NCBI GenBank assembly: GCA_963662265.2
Contig: CAXXHA010000001.1
Location: 192,001-256,000 of the forward strand
Source of the DNA: Spirochaetia bacterium
Lineage (GTDB): Bacteria > Spirochaetota > Spirochaetia > CADAEX01
Length of the DNA stretch: 64,000 nucleotides
Direction of reading: 5' to 3'
Below the pieces are notes generated by a model, which was not told where the DNA came from, made no database searches, and saw nothing but the letters and a program-made list of their open reading frames with translations. Shown piece after piece: positions 62,479-64,000 of the stretch. Within the stretch, counting starts at the first letter, position 1. Every line of letters begins with the position of its first letter. A program made the position numbers and the translations under genes.

Positions 62479-64000
62479 TTATGGAAGATTCTTTTTTATC
62501 TCTGCAAGGACCTCATCCGTATCTGTCTTGTAGAGAGTTTTGTTTCCTATCCTTACAGTCGGTCCCCTGTCGCATGTTTCCCTGCAGAATGATGCCTGTA
62601 CAGAGACTTTTCCGCTGAAACTGCTTTCAGCTTCTTTAATCACACTTGATAATATTGCCTGGGATCCCCTGAGGAAGCATCCTGTACCGACACATACTTT
62701 GACTTCAAGAGGATTTTTGACATCTGTTTTTACAAGACTGTATTCAGCAGTCTGTATCCTTTTTCTGCTTTCAAATGAAGTATGAAGAAGGCTGTGAGCC
62801 TCACTGCTTCCTGCCTTGCCGCCAAGATATCTGGTATAAACAGGGTCAATGAAAGGGTTCTGAGCTGTATTTTTTACAGGTTCCCGCCTGTCAATTCCGT
62901 CAAGAGCACTTGAACGCTTCAGCCTCATCTTTCCTTCAGGATCAACCGGCTGGCCTGCCCCTCCGACACATCCGCCTGGACATGCCATTACTTCAATAAT
63001 ATCATATTCACAGCTGCCATCTATGACAGATCTTGCTACCTTATCCGCATTTTTAAGTCCCTGGACTGTGCAGACTCTAACAGTCTCCCCATTCAGCAAT
63101 ATGTTCATGACTGAAATACCGGGATTGTCTTCAGGGTGTTCACAGCTTAAATCCTGACTGGAGATATCTTCACCTGATTTTGCAACAGTATACCTGATCA
63201 CAGCTTCTGCAACTCCCCCGGATCTGCCGAATATGCTTCCGGCTCCTGAACTTGAAGACATTGGGAGATCCATTGATGACGGTTCAACTTCATCAAACAG
63301 AATACCAGCCTGCATAATCATTTTTCCGAGTTCCTGTGTTGTAAGGACATTATCAACAAGTTGATTTCCATCAACAGAAAGCTCTTTACGGTCTTTTTCA
63401 AATTTTTTCGCAGTACACGGCATCACAGATACCATTTTTATCTTCCTGCCATCTACAGCCTCCTCATCTGCAAGGATTTTCCTTCCTATACTTGCTGTCA
63501 TTGACTGCGGAGACATACATGAAGAGAGGTGGTTAAGAAGTTCAGGATATGACTGCTCTGCAAATTTCACCCAGCCTGGACAGCATGATGTAAAAAGAGG
63601 CAGCCTGCTTTCATTTTTTCTTTCCAGAAACTCATTTGATTCTTCAATTACAGTGAGGTCAGCACCGAAAGCTGTGCTGTACACCCTGTCAAACCCCAGA
63701 GCTTTCAATGAGGCAACTATCCGCCCTGTTACATCCTGACCAGTCAGGTTAAACATCTCACCGAGAGCTGTGCGGACAGCCGGAGCTATCTGGACGGCAG
63801 TGAATGTATTTTCATCTTCAATAAGACTCCATACTGCATCAACCTCGGAACGGGGAACAATAGCGCCTGTGGGACAGACAGCAGCACACTGGCCGCAGTT
63901 AACACAGTCCACTTCTGAAAGACTCTTATTGAATGCAGGTGTTACCTTTACTTCCTCGCCTCTGTAGGCAAAATCTATAGCTCCGATTCCCTGTATTTCC
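62479..64000 (-). CDS. hydA: [FeFe]-hydrogenase catalytic subunit with C-terminal thioredoxin-like [2Fe-2S] domain; 5' end outside the window
   Basis: H-cluster motifs TSCCPGW, MPCTAKKFE, EVMACPGGCVGGAGQP; CVGTGC...C..CDRGP. Frame is open to the right edge. Confidence 0.93.
   Translation of the reverse strand, partial: EIQGIGAIDFAYRGEEVKVTPAFNKSLSEVDCVNCGQCAAVCPTGAIVPRSEVDAVWSLIEDENTFTAVQIAPAVRTALGEMFNLTGQDVTGRIVASLKALGFDRVYSTAFGADLTVIEESNEFLERKNESRLPLFTSCCPGWVKFAEQSYPELLNHLSSCMSPQSMTASIGRKILADEEAVDGRKIKMVSVMPCTAKKFEKDRKELSVDGNQLVDNVLTTQELGKMIMQAGILFDEVEPSSMDLPMSSSSGAGSIFGRSGGVAEAVIRYTVAKSGEDISSQDLSCEHPEDNPGISVMNILLNGETVRVCTVQGLKNADKVARSVIDGSCEYDIIEVMACPGGCVGGAGQPVDPEGKMRLKRSSALDGIDRREPVKNTAQNPFIDPVYTRYLGGKAGSSEAHSLLHTSFESRKRIQTAEYSLVKTDVKNPLEVKVCVGTGCFLRGSQAILSSVIKEAESSFSGKVSVQASFCRETCDRGPTVRIGNKTLYKTDTDEVLAEIKKNLP

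Noticed and set aside
1-64000. CRISPR arrays, rRNA, integrases, transposases, defence systems
   Set aside because: No regularly spaced repeats or matching ORFs seen by eye.

Overview
AT-rich bacterial chromosomal window, probably from an anaerobic free-living spirochaete (inferred from 'FAGGSSE'-type binding-protein signal peptides, an ODP/soluble chemoreceptor pair and an [FeFe]-hydrogenase). No CRISPR array, rRNA, intact tRNA, transposase or phage genes were seen. It carries transport genes (TRAP, BCCT, NCS2, SSS, MFS, DMT), six c-di-GMP enzymes, chemoreceptors, lipBA, a guanine riboswitch ahead of NCS2 permease/adenine deaminase, a MerR-controlled B3/4 + DMT unit, and an aminotransferase / 2-oxoacid:ferredoxin oxidoreductase / ADP-forming acyl-CoA synthetase operon with a four-copy operator. 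The strongest candidate for an undescribed system is an exported 5'-nucleotidase homolog that has lost most metal and catalytic residues but keeps the nucleotide-binding domain, translationally coupled to a membrane diguanylate cyclase (a putative extracellular nucleotide sensor). Five genes are broken by 1-nt homopolymer indels, most likely sequencing errors.
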